Shown here: piece after piece, positions 50,212 to 51,290 of the stretch
Layout of the letters: each line of letters begins with the position of its first letter
Position numbering within the stretch: position 1 is the first letter of the stretch
Source: Octopus bimaculoides
Taxonomy: Eukaryota
DNA: 51,290 nt
Direction: 5' to 3'
NCBI RefSeq assembly: GCF_001194135.2
Contig: NC_068981.1
Location: forward strand, 112,254,043 to 112,305,332
Position numbers and translations under genes: made by a program
The notes under the pieces: model-generated
What the model was told of the DNA's origin: nothing
The model's database searches: none
The model's input: only the letters and a program-made list of their open reading frames with translations

Positions 50212-50535
50212 GGCATAACTACAGATGTATAGCTTTCCCACCTCCCCCAGACTTTAGTGATTGTAATCTATGCCGTTTGAAAGGTATTTGTATAAAATTT
50301 CATTTAAAAAATACCCTTTTCCCTGAAAGTTATGAGGGAGAAAATGTCAGGTTGTGTGAATTTTCCGAAACTCCTCTCCCCAACCCCTTGGAAACATTTT
50401 TTCCAACAAATCTTTACATACACTTAATTAACAGGATCTAAGTGATTATTTGTTAAAACTTTTGTTGAAAAGTATCTATTTTTCCGGAATTTATGAGGCA
50501 ACAAAGTTGATAGGGTATACATCTGTAGTTATACC
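50212..50535. mobile_element. MITE-like element
   Basis: 20-bp TIR ggcataactacagatgtata / tatacatctgtagttatacc (19/20 match); TSD not evident. Confidence 0.6.
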
Positions 50536-50885
50536 CATACTTATTCGATAGTTATTAAATGAAGTCACTATTTACAGATGCTTAAATTTTTTATGTTTTC
50601 CATGAAGTTTTCACAGATCCAGCTAGTAAAAGTTGTTATACAAAAAAATACATTGCAAAAAAAAAATCATGTAAAAAAAAAAATTGCTAAAAACAATTGC
50701 AGTAATGAAAACTTGGGAATCCAAAATTTCAAGATTGTGGGTCCAGATTCGGCCCAGAATGTTTTCAATTTACTTACAGAGTTGGCCTGATTCCAAAATG
50801 GTATGATATGTTGGGCTACAGCCTCTAAGAGTAAAGTTGAAAAAGTGTGACACACTGACGTTCACATTTATTATATTATGTATAT

Positions 50886-51284
50886 AGGTGCAGGAATGGC
50901 TGTGTGGTAAGTAGCTTGCTTACCAACCACTTGATTCCGAGTTCAGTCCTACTGTGTGGCACCTTGGGCAAGTGTCTTCTACTATAGCTTCGGGCCGACC
51001 AAAGCCTTGTGAGTGGATTTGGTAGACGGAAACTGAAAGAAGCCTGTCGTATATATATATATATATATATATGTTTGTGTGTCTTTGTTTGTCCCCCCTC
51101 CATCGCTTGACAACCGATGCTGGTGTGTTTACGTCCCCGAAACTTAGCGGTTCGGCAAAAAGAGACCGATAGAATAAGTTCTAGGCTTACAAAGAATAAG
51201 TCCTGGGGTCGATTTGATTCGACTAAAGGCGGTGCTCCAGCATGGCCACAGTCAAATGACTGAAACAAGTAAAAGAGTAAAGAG
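50886..51284 (+). mobile_element. octopus-type tRNA-derived SINE, family B, full length
   Basis: tggctgtgtggtaag A-box-like, gagttcagtcct B-box-like, ggcaccttgggcaagtgtct core, internal (TA)n, tail aagtaaaagagtaaagag. Confidence 0.85.
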
Positions 51285-51290
51285 TATTTA

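Noticed and set aside
50181-50283. Candidate ninth CARMIL exon (tttcgtag acceptor, open frame NFPASCLYIIRHNYRC..., gtattt donor)
   Set aside because: No resemblance to the expected next CARMIL segment, and it overlaps a MITE TIR; at most a cryptic exon, which needs RNA-seq
50886-50960. tRNA gene
   Set aside because: A- and B-box-like motifs belong to a SINE head and no cloverleaf can be completed

Overview
AT-rich, repeat-dense eukaryotic DNA with several N gaps. The repeat families (octopus-type SINEs, abundant RTE LINEs) suggest a coleoid cephalopod, probably Octopus; this is inference. The only host gene I can support is a plus-strand CARMIL/LRRC16 (capping protein regulator) homologue. 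Eight small GT-AG exons (483-582, 3287-3341, 18481-18584, 23786-23923, 24311-24404, 31665-31763, 44354-44485, 46908-47024; 839 nt) splice in frame into an uninterrupted ~279-aa stretch covering the late LRRs and the start of the helical dimerisation region. The gene continues past both window ends, and the ORF track largely misses these exons. The introns are stacks of nested transposons: a complete but decayed CsRn1-like Gypsy (440-bp LTRs, AGTG TSD, tRNA-Trp PBS) inside an RTE LINE; a piggyBac derivative inside a second Gypsy integrase; a non-autonomous Helitron carrying a telomere-like array; mariners, MITEs, SINEs and many RTE fragments. The most unusual signals are non-coding. Short microsatellite-anchored repeat units carry minimal hammerhead-ribozyme-like motifs of the Penelope-like-element (PLE) type and are arranged as foldbacks, one split by the Helitron. 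There is also an open PLE reverse-transcriptase frame at the left edge and a ~540-bp intronic palindrome. All alignments and counts were done by eye; nearly all ORF-track entries are TE debris or gap artefacts.
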